Part shown: in pieces, positions 51,438 to 64,000 of the stretch
How the letters are laid out: each line of letters begins with the position of its first letter
How positions within the stretch are numbered: the first letter of the stretch is position 1
Assembly (NCBI GenBank): GCA_951804945.1
Contig: OX638153.1
Span: 46,066,001 to 46,130,000 of the forward strand
Source: Podarcis cretensis
Taxonomy: Eukaryota
Length of the DNA stretch: 64,000 nucleotides
Direction: 5' to 3'
Program-made: the position numbers and the translations under genes
The notes under the pieces: model-generated
What the model saw: only the letters and a program-made list of their open reading frames with translations
Told to the model about the DNA's origin: nothing
Database searches by the model: none

Positions 51438-52885
51438 GGTGCCAACACCCTTCAGCCCCAACCAGCGTGGCCACTGGGCAGGGATGATGGGAGTTGTAGT
51501 CCCTAATGTCTGATGGACACTAGGCTGGAAAGGGTTGATACAGGAGTTTTTGATAAGGTGATGCCGTCGAGCTTAGCTGCAAAGCTACAAGTGAGAGAGA
51601 TCTGAGTTTGGAAAGTCAGAAGGATCAGTTTTCTTCCATTTCCCTCTGATCATAAACCAAAGAGTGGGAGACAGAAGTGTTGAGTGAACCTAGATCTGCC
51701 TCAGTCCTTCCATATGCCTCCCAGTCATACTGAGCGGAACTCCTTTGGCCATTCCAATTTAAGGCACCATAAGGCATCTTCCTACTTAACATTGCTCAAC
51801 TGCCGGTTGCTGCATAGCCCTAAACAAAAGGCTTGTAAATGACTTTGCACCATGATGTACAACCAATTCTGGAGGCGGGGCAGGGGGAGACATATCCTGA
51901 CATCTGGCATAACATCATTCATTCTGGCTGCACAAATTTGGTCAATGTTTCCTTTATAAAAACGACTTTTGGGAAGGATTTACAACTTACCTTAGGTGGT
52001 ATGCAGGGAGTCTGGTATTACAGAAAGACTATAATTAAGGACTTTTACGGTGATATAGTGCATATTAGCCTCCCATATTAACAAGAGAAGGAATATAAAA
52101 TTTATAACACCTGGAATTAACCATGGTTACCAGAAATCACACTTTGAGCTGAATGCTACACTTCAAAAATAAACTCCCATTATCCATGTAAAAATAAGAT
52201 CCACTAGGAAATTAGCATAAGGAATGATTTGGTTTTTCAGAGACTTGATTATTTAGCACTTTGCTCTATCCATTTGCTGTTTTGATACTGACTGGTCACA
52301 GAACACCCGGATTTATTTTCAAGCTAAATGAAATATATGTCAAATATCAGTGAATGTATTTGATAAATATTCGATATCAGCTCTTTAAAAAGTACAATCT
52401 GATATGCATTTACTAAAAAATAAGCTCCTCTCTTCCTCTAGTGCAGCCAGAGGGGGCGGATTTAGAAGCTTACACTTCTACTTTAGACTAGCTGCACCTA
52501 TGTGCTATTTCTGAATCCAGGCAAATTGCAGTTTGTCCTATGGTTAGTTGAAACATGCTATTGTCCTGATTTAAATTGGCAACTGCTTTTAGCCACAGTG
52601 AAGACAGGTGCTCATATTAATTTGTAGCTTTCATTCCCTCTCCCTCAGTGAGGCTAATAGTGATTTAAACTGGAGAAATGACCCTGAAGGGATGGATACA
52701 ACTACCCCCTGCTGTGCTACAGCGTTTGTATCTCACCTCTGCCCTTTTAAGCCCCCACAGCTATTTCCAAGTAAATTTGAATCCATTCACTGGTCTGCAA
52801 TGCCATGCATAGATGGGCCATAAGATATTGGGATATGGATGAAGCAACTCCCAGTTTGCATCTCATCTCTGTCACAAACTCACTA

Positions 52886-53126
52886 CAGTGGTACCTCAGG
52901 TTACAGACAGCTCGGGTTACAGACGCTTCAGGTTACAGACTATGCTAACCCGGAAGTAGTACCTCGGGTTGAGAACTTTACCTCAGGATGAGAACAGAAA
53001 TTGTGTGGCGGAGGCGCAACGGCAGTGGGAGGCCCCATTAGCTAAAGTGGTACCTCAGGTTAAGAATGGTTTCAGGTTAAGAACAGACCTCCAGAACAAA
53101 TTAAGTTCTTAACAGAGGTACCACTG
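52886..53126. mobile_element. Tc1/mariner MITE, same family as 6322-6563, opposite orientation
   Basis: TA TSDs; CAGTGGTACCTC...GAGGTACCACTG. Confidence 0.9.
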
Positions 53127-53364
53127 TACACAGACTTAGGTAAACCACTGCCACGCAACCAGGGGATATAGGAGTGATTATGCTGGTCTGCCTTACTAGG
53201 CTGATATTAAGGTTATGAAGTAATGTTTTGAAGACTTTTGAGCTCTAAAGTGTTATGTGAATACTATTACCTTCTATTTCTTTCATCTGACTGTGCACTT
53301 TTTTCCTTTTTTTCCCTTTCTTGAGACCACACTGATTCCATTATTAATATTATTTTTATATATG

Positions 53365-53775
53365 AACATGAAGAATCCTGCTAGATCAGATCAAAAGCCT
53401 CTCTGGTCCCAGCATTCTGTTTCTTACAGATGCCAACCAGATGCCCTTCAGTAGCCCAAAGTTGAAAATGAGCACAGTTGCTCTCTGTGCACTCCTGATT
53501 ACCAGCTCCTGGTATCCAGAGACATGATAATATAGCCATTACGACTAGGAGCCCTTGGTAGTTTTATCCTCCAACAATTTGCTGAATCCCCCTTTAAAGC
53601 AAATCTAAGTTAGTGGACTTGCCTACTTCATGTGATAGTTGAACCACGTGCTAGTTGAAGAAGTACTTCCATCTGTCCATGCCAAATCTCCCATAATTCT
53701 TGTTTAGTGGATGACTCTGGGTTCTAGTATTATGAAATAAGGATAAATACTTATCTCTATTCACTTTCTCTATAC
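53365..53775 (-). mobile_element. Old CR1-like LINE 3' fragment; related terminus at ~49795-49880
   Basis: aacatgaagaatcctgctagatcaga...cccagcattctgttt...gccaaccagatgcc. Confidence 0.5.
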
Positions 53776-55389
53776 CTTCACTGTATACTTTTCAATGCCT
53801 GCTGAAGAAATTCTTATTTAGGCAAGCTTATTCAGATGTTTCAAAAGTTTGTATGAGCTTATTTTTTAAAAAATAGACTACTGTATTCTGGTTTCAACTT
53901 TCTGTATGCTTCAAATTATGGCTGTATTCTTTTTTTAGTGATAGTTTTATTGTTTCAACTTATTGCGCACTGCTTTGAGGGTTTTTTTTTGCACAATCAA
54001 GTGGTATGTAAATTTTATGAAATAAAAAGAAAAGAAAATAGCATGCAAAATTATATATATTCCCATCAAGTCCTTGCCTCCCCGCCTCCTCTCCCTTGAC
54101 CAGCTGCTATTACTCACAGTGAAGGGAAAAGATAGGCAGCTACATTACTTTGTTCCTGTCTTCCACAGGTTCTAAATGATCGAAATTTAACTCAGCCTTT
54201 TTAGGAAGCCACCACACTGCATTACTATTGCCTCATCAATGTATAGATACAGAGAGGGGGGTGGGGGAGACAGAGAGAAAAATTATGAGTAGCTGCGTAG
54301 CTGGGACCTTCATTAAACCCATCTCTCTTTCCTATATTCTTCCGGTGAGGTTTTTCCCCCACCCCCCACATCCATGCATTCCCACTCACACCAGAATCCT
54401 TTTTTCTCCCTGTCACATACTTGGTTACACTTCTCCCTTCTTTTTTTCTCCCCCAACTGAAAATCTCAACAAACTCGTTGTACCTTCATCTCCCACAAGC
54501 AAAATCTACTCTAGCAAAGTCAGTCAAATAACATTCCACCTGTCAAATCTTCTCACATCTGATATCTAAACCTCCACTACAAAGATCCCCTGGTTATATT
54601 TCTTCTTCATTCTCTGTGACATTCCCTTTTGTACCTCCCCCTAGTTATCCCTCCCCATCCTAGTCATTGCTTGCTTCCTCTCCCCTCCCTTGTCTTGAGA
54701 CTCCCATACCTAGAAAATATGGGTTGATTTAAGGTCTCTCGAACAAGTCTCAAGTCTCCTTTGCTTGTCAGTACTAATTTGAATCTCAATGCTATTTTGG
54801 ATGTATTTGTACCTAGTTGGTTGCTCATGCTTCTTTTGGAAATATTATTTCTCTGGGCATCCTTCCTTCAAGGAAAATAAAGTTATTGACTCCAAAGTGA
54901 CATTCACAAAGTCACAGAAAGCAGAATGGTATTCAGTGTGCTATCTCCCCACTGCAGTTTTAAGGAACACAAGGAATTTCAGCCTGAACCAGTTCATCAA
55001 ACACCCATGGACGTTACTGATTAACTTTAATGAACAGGCATGATGAATCTGTTCATGGTAAGTGAAAACAGCAAAGATTCAAGAACACTACCTGAAAGGA
55101 CATGTATGCACATGCAAACCTTTTGATTCCACTATAGCCCTCAAACACAGCCAAGGATTCCTAGATGACATATTTTGCTCTTTGCAGGATATAATTGGCA
55201 ATTAATTTTGTAGCTACAAGGAGACCTGAGAATATAAGCATGCAGATTAGAATTAGGCAAGTGCTACATTAAAAAAAAAAATTACAGATGGATGGCAATT
55301 GAGTCTGATAATAAACATAATCTTGCCTCTCTGCAGGTATCCTCAGAAGTGTGTGCCCTTGGCAGTCAAGGACACAGGTATCTCCTTAC

Positions 55390-56057
55390 CTGGGATGGAT
55401 GTCCACCAGCAGCACGAGGGTCTGCATAGTGATCACGTCAATCCTTTTACAGTGAAAGCGTGCCACCTTCAGCACTTTTAGATATGTGAAACACAAGACT
55501 ACGAGGGAGAGGAGGAAGCTGAGAGAATGAAAGACCCCTGTGAAAACCACAAACTCTGTCCTGTCCTCCAGTTTCTTGTTGTAGAGGGTGCAGGAGGCAT
55601 AAAGGTGATGGAAACCCACCCAAGAAAGAGAAGTTGCCACTATAGGAAAAGAAACTGAATGCAACCATGTATAGCTCAGTATAAGAGCAGCATCTTTGTA
55701 ACGCATCTTGGAATGGTAGTTGAGAGGAAACACCACCGCTATCCACCTGTCTATGCTTAGAGCTGCCATGCTCAGCATGGAGCTGGTGGTCAAGAAAGTC
55801 TCTAAAAAACCCACGATGTGGCAGAGCTGGTCTCCTCCAGGCGGCTTCTTGTAAATGATCCCAGCCAGGGTCAGGGGCATGTTCAAAACAGTCATCAACA
55901 AGTTGCAGAAGGTCAGGTTGAGGATAAACAATCCTGGGACTTGCTTGCGGATATCTGCGCTGTACAGAAAGCAGATCAGCACCAGCACGTTGGACAGCAG
56001 TGAGACAAGGATGAGTACCACAATCAAGAAAGCCAGGATCACTTCCCAAATGTTCAT
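55390..56057 (-). CDS. GPR26: G protein-coupled receptor 26, coding exon 1 (TM1-TM5, start of ICL3)
   Basis: ATG at 56057 in gcaccATG context. MNIWEVILAF...SADIRKQ...SMLSMAALSIDRWIAVVFPL...KVARFHCKRIDVITMQTLVLLVDIHP matches GPR26; donor AG|gtaagg at 55390/55389; 668 nt. Confidence 0.97.
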
Positions 56058-56215
56058 GGTGCCTCCATTCACAGGAGGAACATTTCCAAAACTGCACCCA
56101 GCTGGCATCCAGAAAACATGGTGTGAGGCACTCTCACACCCTCCTCCTCCTCCCCAGCCTGCTCACACTCCTGCATGCCCTCAGTATTTTTAGAAGAGCT
56201 GCAGTTTTTTCCTCT

Positions 56216-56247
<32 letters not shown>

Positions 56248-56640
56248 TCTTTCCACGTCAACGCTTTTTAGAGACATGCACAAAAAGCATTGGGAATGCC
56301 TATCAAACTATGAGGAGGGTTTTAAAAAATATGTATCTCAGCAGCACCAAGCCACGGTCTCCTTCTAAAGAAAGCAGGATGTTCACAGGAGCAGTTTCAT
56401 CCGAGATCCCTGATTATTGGTCCTAAGCTTCCCAGCAATTCAACCAGTATATTTATTCTCTTTACCTCTTTTCCACTGTCTCTCTCTTGCTCTCTTCACG
56501 CTCTCCCTCTCCCCCTCCCACCTACACACTTCCAGGCTGACTAACCTGCTTTTATGATCACAGATAAATCCCCCATTAATGGATTAAAGCATGCACACTG
56601 CTGGTGATTTGCTGGTGTGATTGACATACCAGCTTCTTTT
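56058..56640 (-). promoter_or_regulatory. GPR26 5' leader / proximal promoter region
   Basis: Repeat-free sequence upstream of the ATG with uORFs, a CAG tract, TGACGTGG (56260-56253), CCAAT (56420-56416), an AT-rich TATA-like run (~56447-56457) and a GA-rich tract. TSS not determinable. Confidence 0.5.
56216..56247. repeat. Interrupted (CTG)n/(CAG)n repeat upstream of GPR26
   Basis: CTG run with one CTA interruption. Confidence 0.95.
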
Positions 56641-57948
56641 CCCTTTTCCCCTTTGCATCCCTCAGATGATATCCCCCTGATATCTGGGGATCTTGGAAGT
56701 CTGAAAAAAAATCCCACCCATCCATTTGATATCTTTAGCAGTTACTTTTCAAACAACAGATGCTAAAGCCCCATCTTTCAGCCTTTTTTATATTTTTTAA
56801 AAATATATTTCAGTGCATCCTTAACAGGAATGATTCTTCTTTTATTTATGTTGACTAGCTTGGCTCCGGAGGATGGTGTTATTTTATCTTATTCATTTAT
56901 GTTTACAGGATTTCTATTATGTGAATTTGAAAGTTTTATCAGACTCCTTTAGAGAATGAAAGAAAGAAAACACAAATATTCAGAGAATAAATATACTTTC
57001 TTTGTAACTCCCCAGCCCAGCCCAAAGTCTGAAATAAAGAGAATCCATTTACAGTCCTCTTATATACATGCAGATTAATATGTATTTGCTTTATTTGCAT
57101 GTATGAATGGTTTCACAGAAATCAGCATCTTTTGTGAAGGACTGTGGTTATGGAGGAGATAAAAGAACGTCATGTTTGAGGGAAGAGAAGAAAAGGAAGA
57201 TACAAGTGCATAAGGTGAGGGGAACATCAAAAACATTGGGGAAGGAAAGAGGATATAGGGTTGCTTTCTAGCCTCCACCATCCACACTTCTGGAAGTCCT
57301 GTTGAAAGTCTCCTGTTGACTCACACTCTAGTAAATACTTTGTGGTCCATAACATTTTTTGCAGCCACAAGGAACTATCATCTTGATTTTTAAAAACTTG
57401 CAGACTCCAGATTTTGCAACTTTCACAGCTTCTTCAGGTATCTGTGCTATTGGGCAAGACTTCAGCTCCTATTAATGAACTGGTATGGAGGTGAAAATGC
57501 TGGATGCCTCCTCCAGTTCATAATGGTTTTAAACATTCAGAATTTCAAAGGAGTAAATTATGTGTACATTGTCTAGTTTCTTCTCCCAAAATCACCAGCC
57601 TACATTTACTCTGAAAGTTGGAGCTCTCTACTTGAAACAGGTGCCTGCCAATTAACTATGCCTGAATCATATTCAGGTTTGTCTCATATCACATTGTGCG
57701 GCAGAGCTTTGTTTTTGAGCAAATCAGAGCAGTAAATTCTCCAGATCCACCTGAATCTAAATATCCTCCCTGTTTTCCACGGTTGTGCAAAGACAGGTGT
57801 GGAGAGATAGGCCAGCAATATCAGGAAGGTTTAGGAGAAATAATAGGGAATTCTGCTTTTGATATATTGATAGGCTAATGAGAGCACATCCAGGCAAAAA
57901 TGTCTGTGAGATGGGGGAAAGGGCAGAAGCTGACAGAGAATGGAATCT

Positions 57949-58090
57949 TCACAGAATCACCAAACTATAGAGTTGTAAGGGACCACAAGGTTCATCTAGT
58001 CCAACCCCTCGCAATACAGGAATCCTTTTGCTCAGTGTGGGACTCCAAACCATGACCCTGAGCACCTCATGCTCTATCAGCTGAACCATC
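57949..58090 (-). mobile_element. Short retroposon with tRNA-like head and CR1-type tail
   Basis: acagaatca...agagttgtaagggacc...catctagtccaacccct (CR1 tail) joined to gtgggactccaaacc...catgctctatcagctgaacc (tRNA-like). Confidence 0.55.
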
Positions 58091-59178
58091 AATATGTAAT
58101 AACTATCCTCAATTACCACAAAGAAAGCCATGGTGGTGCCATGGGAGTGCTTGTTGTCATTATATGGCTGTGCACTGGGTTAAAATGCAGCAAGGTCATT
58201 CTTTTTTCAATTCAGATTAAAGCTCCTTTTTGGGGGGGGGGTGGATAATGCATCATAATGCAGTATTTAATAGGAAGCAATGCTGTGTGGAGGATGCAGA
58301 TTTTGCCTAATGTTGTGTGCACACCACTTTCCGAACCAGTGGTGGGCATGCACTGGATGCAGAGTAAATGGGAGTATAATAGCCCTTGTGTGAAATATTG
58401 TATTTTGTGTGAGAGAGTGGGGAGAGGGGTTTCTGTGGTGAGGGAGCAGGAAGTTGTATGTAGGTGTGCGAAATCCCCTTCACACATTCTGAAACCATAT
58501 GCAGCGAATGAGTGAAAACATACTCGGCTTATAAGCATCATTTATATACACACATATAGAACTTTTGGGCACACAGAGCTGATGGAGGGGCAAGGTTGTG
58601 GGTAGCAACAGTATGCACGAACCTGCTCTGGCTTCCATGCATTTGATTACAGACTAGTGAAAAAAGAGAAGTAGCAAGCCTGGATAGTGAAATCTGTGGA
58701 TTGGGTGAAGGTTTTTGTACGTTTGAGCAGAGTAGCAGAAAAAAGGAGCTGGTGGAGGGTGGGCTATATGAAACACACGTTTCTAGATGACCACAGAAAA
58801 GCTTTAGCCGAAAGCTGGATGCAACCATTGTTTCAAAAATAATAAAATGCACGACTCTCTTGAAGCTTCTGTCCTTGTCTTAAGAATGAGAGCAGTGATG
58901 GCTCTCCTCACACAAAGAGCCAAAAACCCCTCAGCCCACCTGCCCCCAAGGCAGAAAGGACAGTAATGCAATAGCTAGTATTGACCTTATTACTCATTCT
59001 CCCACATAAGTATACTAATACCCAGGTTTAGTTAAGTAAGTCTTGCTTTGTTTCATGAATTATAGGAACTCCAGCTTTTTCAGTATATACAGTTGCTGTC
59101 TCTAGATGCTCTGCCCTTTCTGGTTTTTTCTTCTTTTTTTATATAGCTTTTAGAGTAGACTCGAAAATCAAATCCATC

Positions 59179-59203
59179 CAGCAGCAGCAGCAGCAGCAGC
59201 AGC
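59179..59203. repeat. (CAG)n microsatellite
   Basis: Direct read. Confidence 0.95.
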
Positions 59204-59821
59204 CCACACAAATCTTTGACTAGGAAATTGTCTGTGGGTGGATCTGTGGGGGCGGAAGGCACTGCTCTTTCCTTTGGACAGTTTTTCTGAACACTTTCTG
59301 AGCTTTATTCCATATGACCAATTAGGTGTTGAACTGTGTTCATTTTCAGTTGCATTATGTGCATACACAGCCACTTCAGGCACATTCTTTCAATGGTATA
59401 CACACGCACACAATTTCTCTCCACACAATGCAGCTATCAAGATTTCTCTTAAGTGCCCAATATTTATAGAGTTAGTAATGGAAATATAGGGATTTCCACA
59501 ATGTAGAAATAAGTATATTTTTTCTGAATGTGAATTACATAGCTGCAGACTGTCATTAGTTGTGTGTGTGTGCACGTGCAAAATCCCAATCATCTGTATG
59601 TTTCCCCCCATAAGATTTTATTAAAGCTTAACCCCTGTCACACACAGAAAGTGGTGAACCCTTCCAGTCTCTCACCTGGGAGATCTTCCCTTCCCTTCCC
59701 TGCCTCTCACTCAGGGTCCTTCCACCTACCACCTTCTTGTGCATGTAATCCTTGGACCCAAATAAAGGCCCAGAGCAGAGGACACCAAAGAAAAAAGAAA
59801 GAGAAGAAAAAAGAAGAAGGA

Positions 59822-59870
59822 AAGAGAAGAGAAGAGAAGAGAAGAGAAGAGAAGAGAAGAGAAGAGAAGA
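59822..59870. repeat. (AAGAG)n pentanucleotide within a polypurine tract
   Basis: Direct read. Confidence 0.95.
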
Positions 59871-59959
59871 GGGGGGGGAATGGACTGCCGGTTTTCCATC
59901 TCTGTTACATTTAAATAATTATTCAAAAAAAATCACTCTAGGGTGACATCCAAATATTG

Positions 59960-60850
59960 CTTAACAGAACGTAGAACATTTTCCCAATCTTCAGATCCAG
60001 AAGTCTCAAATTTGTTCATTTCCCTCTTCACAAAAAAAGTCCAAAAGGGGTTCTCTAATGATTGTTATTAATAAATGTCAGCAATGGTTTTTCCTCTAAT
60101 CAAACATATCAACTTTGCCTCCCATAACTCTAGCAGCCATTCCTCCATATTAAAAAATAATCAATTCTTCCATTTTCATCCATATAAGAGTCTCTCCACT
60201 GTGATCTTATATTGAGATAGTATTCCTTGGTTATTCTCTTATTATGTATCCATTACTTCTCACCCAGTTCTGTATCTTCCATTCCTATTTGCTGTTGTGC
60301 TTGCCATGGTTTTCTCTCCTTCTCTAATAAATTATCTCTTCCATTTACACTTCTTCCATTCTTTTTCCAAGAAAAGAGCCAGAGATTTCATAGCTTTTTC
60401 CTCTGAATACACTCCAAGTTGTATACAGCGCCCTTTCTCTCTCAGTGCTATTTGTGCCATCTCCCCAATTCAATCCACTCCTCCAGAATCACAACACCAC
60501 CATTTGGCTGTTTCATTTTTCCAAACATCTGTGTGAATGACTTTTCCATTTCACCATCTGTTCCTTCCAACTCTGCACTTTTCACTTTCTGGTTCTGCCC
60601 GTCCTTTATCCATATTATTCTCCAGAGCCTCTGTATAATCTTTGATTCCACTTTTCAGTTCATTTGTCTCTGGTTTACTTTCATTCTCCATTAGATCTAA
60701 CTTTGATTCAATCCATTTTATTTGCTCATCAAATATTTGCTGAAGGATGCCAACAGAGAGTGGAATGTCCAAAGATATACTTGCCCTATAGAATGTTTTC
60801 GATCTTATTAACAATTCAGTCTCATTACATCTCCCATCACCGCCTTTAGA
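59960..60850 (-). mobile_element. Degenerate LINE (possibly L1 ORF1) remnant
   Basis: Strong A-rich minus-strand skew with broken E/K-rich coiled-coil-like frames (ESKLDLMENESKPETNELKSGIKD; KVKSAELEGTDGEMEK). Confidence 0.4.
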
Positions 60851-61567
60851 TCGTCACAGCATTATATCTTTTAAAAATAAACACATACCATTCTCATTGT
60901 GAGTGGCAGAGTTTCTTTTGATTTTTAAACAACACTTTCATCAAGCAAACAAAACAAAAATAAAATAAATTTTCTTAATACACAGAACTCCCATGTTGAT
61001 ATAAAACTTTCTTGACTGAAACCATCAAAGGATGCTTCTTGTTCTGCCTTCAACCCTTTAATGATCAACTTCCATTCCCTTCTTCTTGAAGCCAGAAATC
61101 AGCTCATGCACTGAATGTAAATTTCCACCGGCTGACAGATAAATCTCTCCCAGTTATAAATTATAACTGTCTCAGAAATAATTAAGAAAAGGGGGCTTTT
61201 TGGAGATACCATGCCCATCAGGGCTCTTATGTGGTATTTGGGAGTGATGTTAATTCCTCAATTCACAAGTCCCTTAACCCCATCAGAATTCCTAGGAGCT
61301 GAGAGCTTCCTGGTCTCTTGACACAGAAAACAGCCTTTTCAGAGCACCAGAGGTTAATCCTGTGTTCGCTCTTTTTTTCCAGAGTGACTTGAACCAAGAC
61401 TAGCTATCATCTAGCTATCATCAATCACCATGTAATTATCTCTGTCAGCAGCCTGCCAACAAAACTGGAATTAACCCTTTATGTCAGCACATTAGAAATA
61501 ATTGATTACACCCCCCCCCAAAAAAAAATATGGATACCAGATCAATTGGGAGCATTGTTTTATGGAG

Positions 61568-61768
61568 TTATAGAGTTGGAAAGGACCCTGGGGGTCATAT
61601 ATTCCAACCCCTGCAATGCAGGAATCTTAACTAAAGCATTCATGACAGATGCTTAAAAACCTCCAATGAAGGAGAGTCCACCACTTTTCGAATGAGTTCA
61701 TTCCACCTCTTACCATCAGAAAGTTTGTCATGATGCTTAGTTGGAATCTCCTTTCTTGTAACTTGAAA
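61568..61768 (-). mobile_element. CR1 LINE 3' fragment
   Basis: tagagttggaaaggaccc...ttccaaccccctgcaatgcaggaatc...cttaccatcagaaagtt; reverse of 9729-9932. Confidence 0.85.
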
Positions 61769-64000
61769 TTTTAGTCTATGACCAAATTTGTAACATGCCA
61801 CAAGTTTTTAGTCAACGTACCTTGAGATTTTAGTCAATGAAATGGTTTCTTTGATTGATTGCTCTTACTAATTAATCAACTGCACATTTGCAAAGACCCT
61901 AAGTGCTCCCACTCAGCCAGGGCAAATGAGGGGATTAGGCAGGATAAGCCTCTGTCTTTCCTCTTAATTCTGATATCAGGAGCAGGGGGTGTTTTCTGCC
62001 AGAACTCATATCCAGCACTTCTCAGCTGGGCACCATTGCCATTATAAGAGAACAAGGGAGGCATTCATGGTTCCAGCACCTTTTTTTTCTAGAAAAATAG
62101 CGTTGATCAGGAAGTCTACATGACGTGGAGATTGGAGTGGGAGGGAGCTTAAAATGAAACAATTTAGGTCTGATCCAAATGAAGCTCATATTCCAGACTG
62201 AACCAAGGGAAACTCACCAATCATGATTCTAATCAGAGAAAAGTACAAGAGAAGCTTTTGACAAGGAGCCTTTAAAATTGACACCTAAATTATCTGAGTT
62301 TTTGAACACATTGTATCTGGAAAGTGCTATAATTTTACCTCTTCTAACCTTTACTCATCCCCCTCCCATTCCAGACGATCATGGGGGTAGTTGTTATCTG
62401 ACACTGTATATTCCTTATAACTATAGAGATAAGTGAATTTAAATTGCAGCGCAAGGTTATGATAAAAAGTTCTTGCTTTTGTGCTAAATAAATGTCAGTA
62501 TGATTGTCTGGATACAGTCAGTTCCCAAGAGAGGAATTTTGAGCCCACAGGGAGATAGCACTTGTAAAACCCAACTCTCCTTATAAGGAAAGGGACAGGA
62601 ACTAAGAGACAAGAGTGTCACAGAGACAGCAGGATGTCACTTCCCCTCTTCCCAGGTGTAGGAGCAAATCATGCACCCTCTACACAAAGGCAACCACAAG
62701 GCATGCTCTCCCTGATCTTAGGGAAGAAAATGGAGGTGGAAAGGGTAGGGCAGAAGATGGAAATTTTCTGACAATATGAGTGATTGTAGATGTTGTAGAT
62801 ATTTGCATTTGTGTGGACAGAGTTGGCATGCAACATGACTCAGTATTTCGGAGTACCTGCCAACTGCCTTGCAATGACTTTCAGTAAATCCTTTTTGTGT
62901 ATGTACTTATTTCAGTTATTCATTCAGCTTATTAGGAAACCCACCCACCCTCAGCAATGACAAACACATAGCCTTCACAGTTTAAAGGAGAAGTCCAGTT
63001 TCAAAGTCCACATTTCAAACACTGAGGTCAAAATAAATAATAATAATTTGTGAGTCACAAATGTTGTTGGATTTCCTCAACATTTTGGTCATCTCCAAAT
63101 GGGAATACCCAAAACATAGGCCCAGGGTTTAAAATCTGTCATCAGCAAAAATTAGCCCTATGGTTCACAGCTCATGGTATGTCTGGGAGAGCTGAACCAC
63201 CAGCCTGAGGTCAGATGACATGTTAAGCCAAACCATGGCTTGGCTCAGGATAGCACAGCAACAGAATAACCACAGGAAGAGCAAAGGGTCATGGTTTCCT
63301 TTCCGCAAGCCTGCATGGTTGCACTAAGCTTTGGTTAATGTTGCATGCGAAGAAGGTCACAAAGAAGCAGTGCAGATAAAGCAGCTGTGCAAATGAATAG
63401 AGTGGAGTTAAACAGCCACTATGCAAATGCATGATCCAAGAGCCAAGAGGTCATGATAGTGATATAGGAAGGGTGAGCAGCACCATTTCTTCAAGTGCAT
63501 TTACACACCACTGCAGGATCCAACCGACTCTTCAAGGTGGCACACTCTGTGGATATGCGAGCAGGTAGGACATGGATGACTTTTAAGATGCAGCATTCTA
63601 AGCACACTGCAGTCCACAAAAGAGCTTGCAATGGACAGGACGATACAGCAATAATAAGATTTAGCCCTTCTTGAGTCTTCACGGAGCTTCCAAAAGATTA
63701 TCACAGTAATCCTTAGCTAATAGCTCTGTGAGTTAGGCCAGAATTATTATCCCCATAGAGTCATGTGTAATGCATTCCTACGTATGTTGACTCAGAAGTA
63801 AATCCCACTGTGTTCAATGGGATTTATTCCAGGGGAAAGGAGCGGGGGCCAGAAATGGTGAGCTCTCCTTCCTAGAAGCTAAAGTGTTTCATTTTACTCT
63901 TCCCACTATTCCAGAAAGGAATATCTACAATTAAAGCAAGGGTGGGGAAATGTTTTGGCTCTGTGGACCAGGTCCCTATATGTCTTCACCCACCCTTAAC

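Noticed and set aside
37560-55760. Non-canonical GPCR motifs DRW, CFAP and DPFVY as a novelty
   Set aside because: These are normal for the GPR26/GPR78 family.
55447-56097. 216-aa alternative-frame ORF overlapping GPR26 exon 1
   Set aside because: Starts at GTG, has no ATG until late, and has no recognisable domain; explained as a shadow of GPR26 codon usage.

Overview
Vertebrate genomic DNA, almost certainly from a squamate and most likely a lacertid lizard (young Sauria/Squam1 SINEs, Squam3-like SINEs, BovB, L2 and CR1 fragments). The + strand carries the last two coding exons of CPXM2 (142-241, 4620-4891). The - strand carries a complete, convergent three-exon GPR26 gene (CDS 56057-55390, 43740-43627, 37791-37560; 1014 nt = 337 aa), matching the GPR26/CPXM2 arrangement known from human 10q26. 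The rest is intron, probable long 3' UTR and intergenic DNA with retroposons, MITEs, microsatellites and several motif-dense blocks that look like developmental enhancers. I see no novel protein-coding system. The best leads are regulatory: (1) an inverted pair of a ~140-bp repeat, each copy carrying a bipartite CTCF-like motif, bracketing the frame-symmetric GPR26 exon 2, which has a weak acceptor; (2) a chained uORF stop-start relay ending on the GPR26 ATG; (3) an RE1/REST-like site inside GPR26 coding sequence; (4) a PBX-HOX/MEIS motif cluster; (5) a candidate ~12-kb 3' UTR; (6) a perfect AT-only palindrome made by two tail-to-tail L2 elements. Repeat boundaries without TSDs are approximate.
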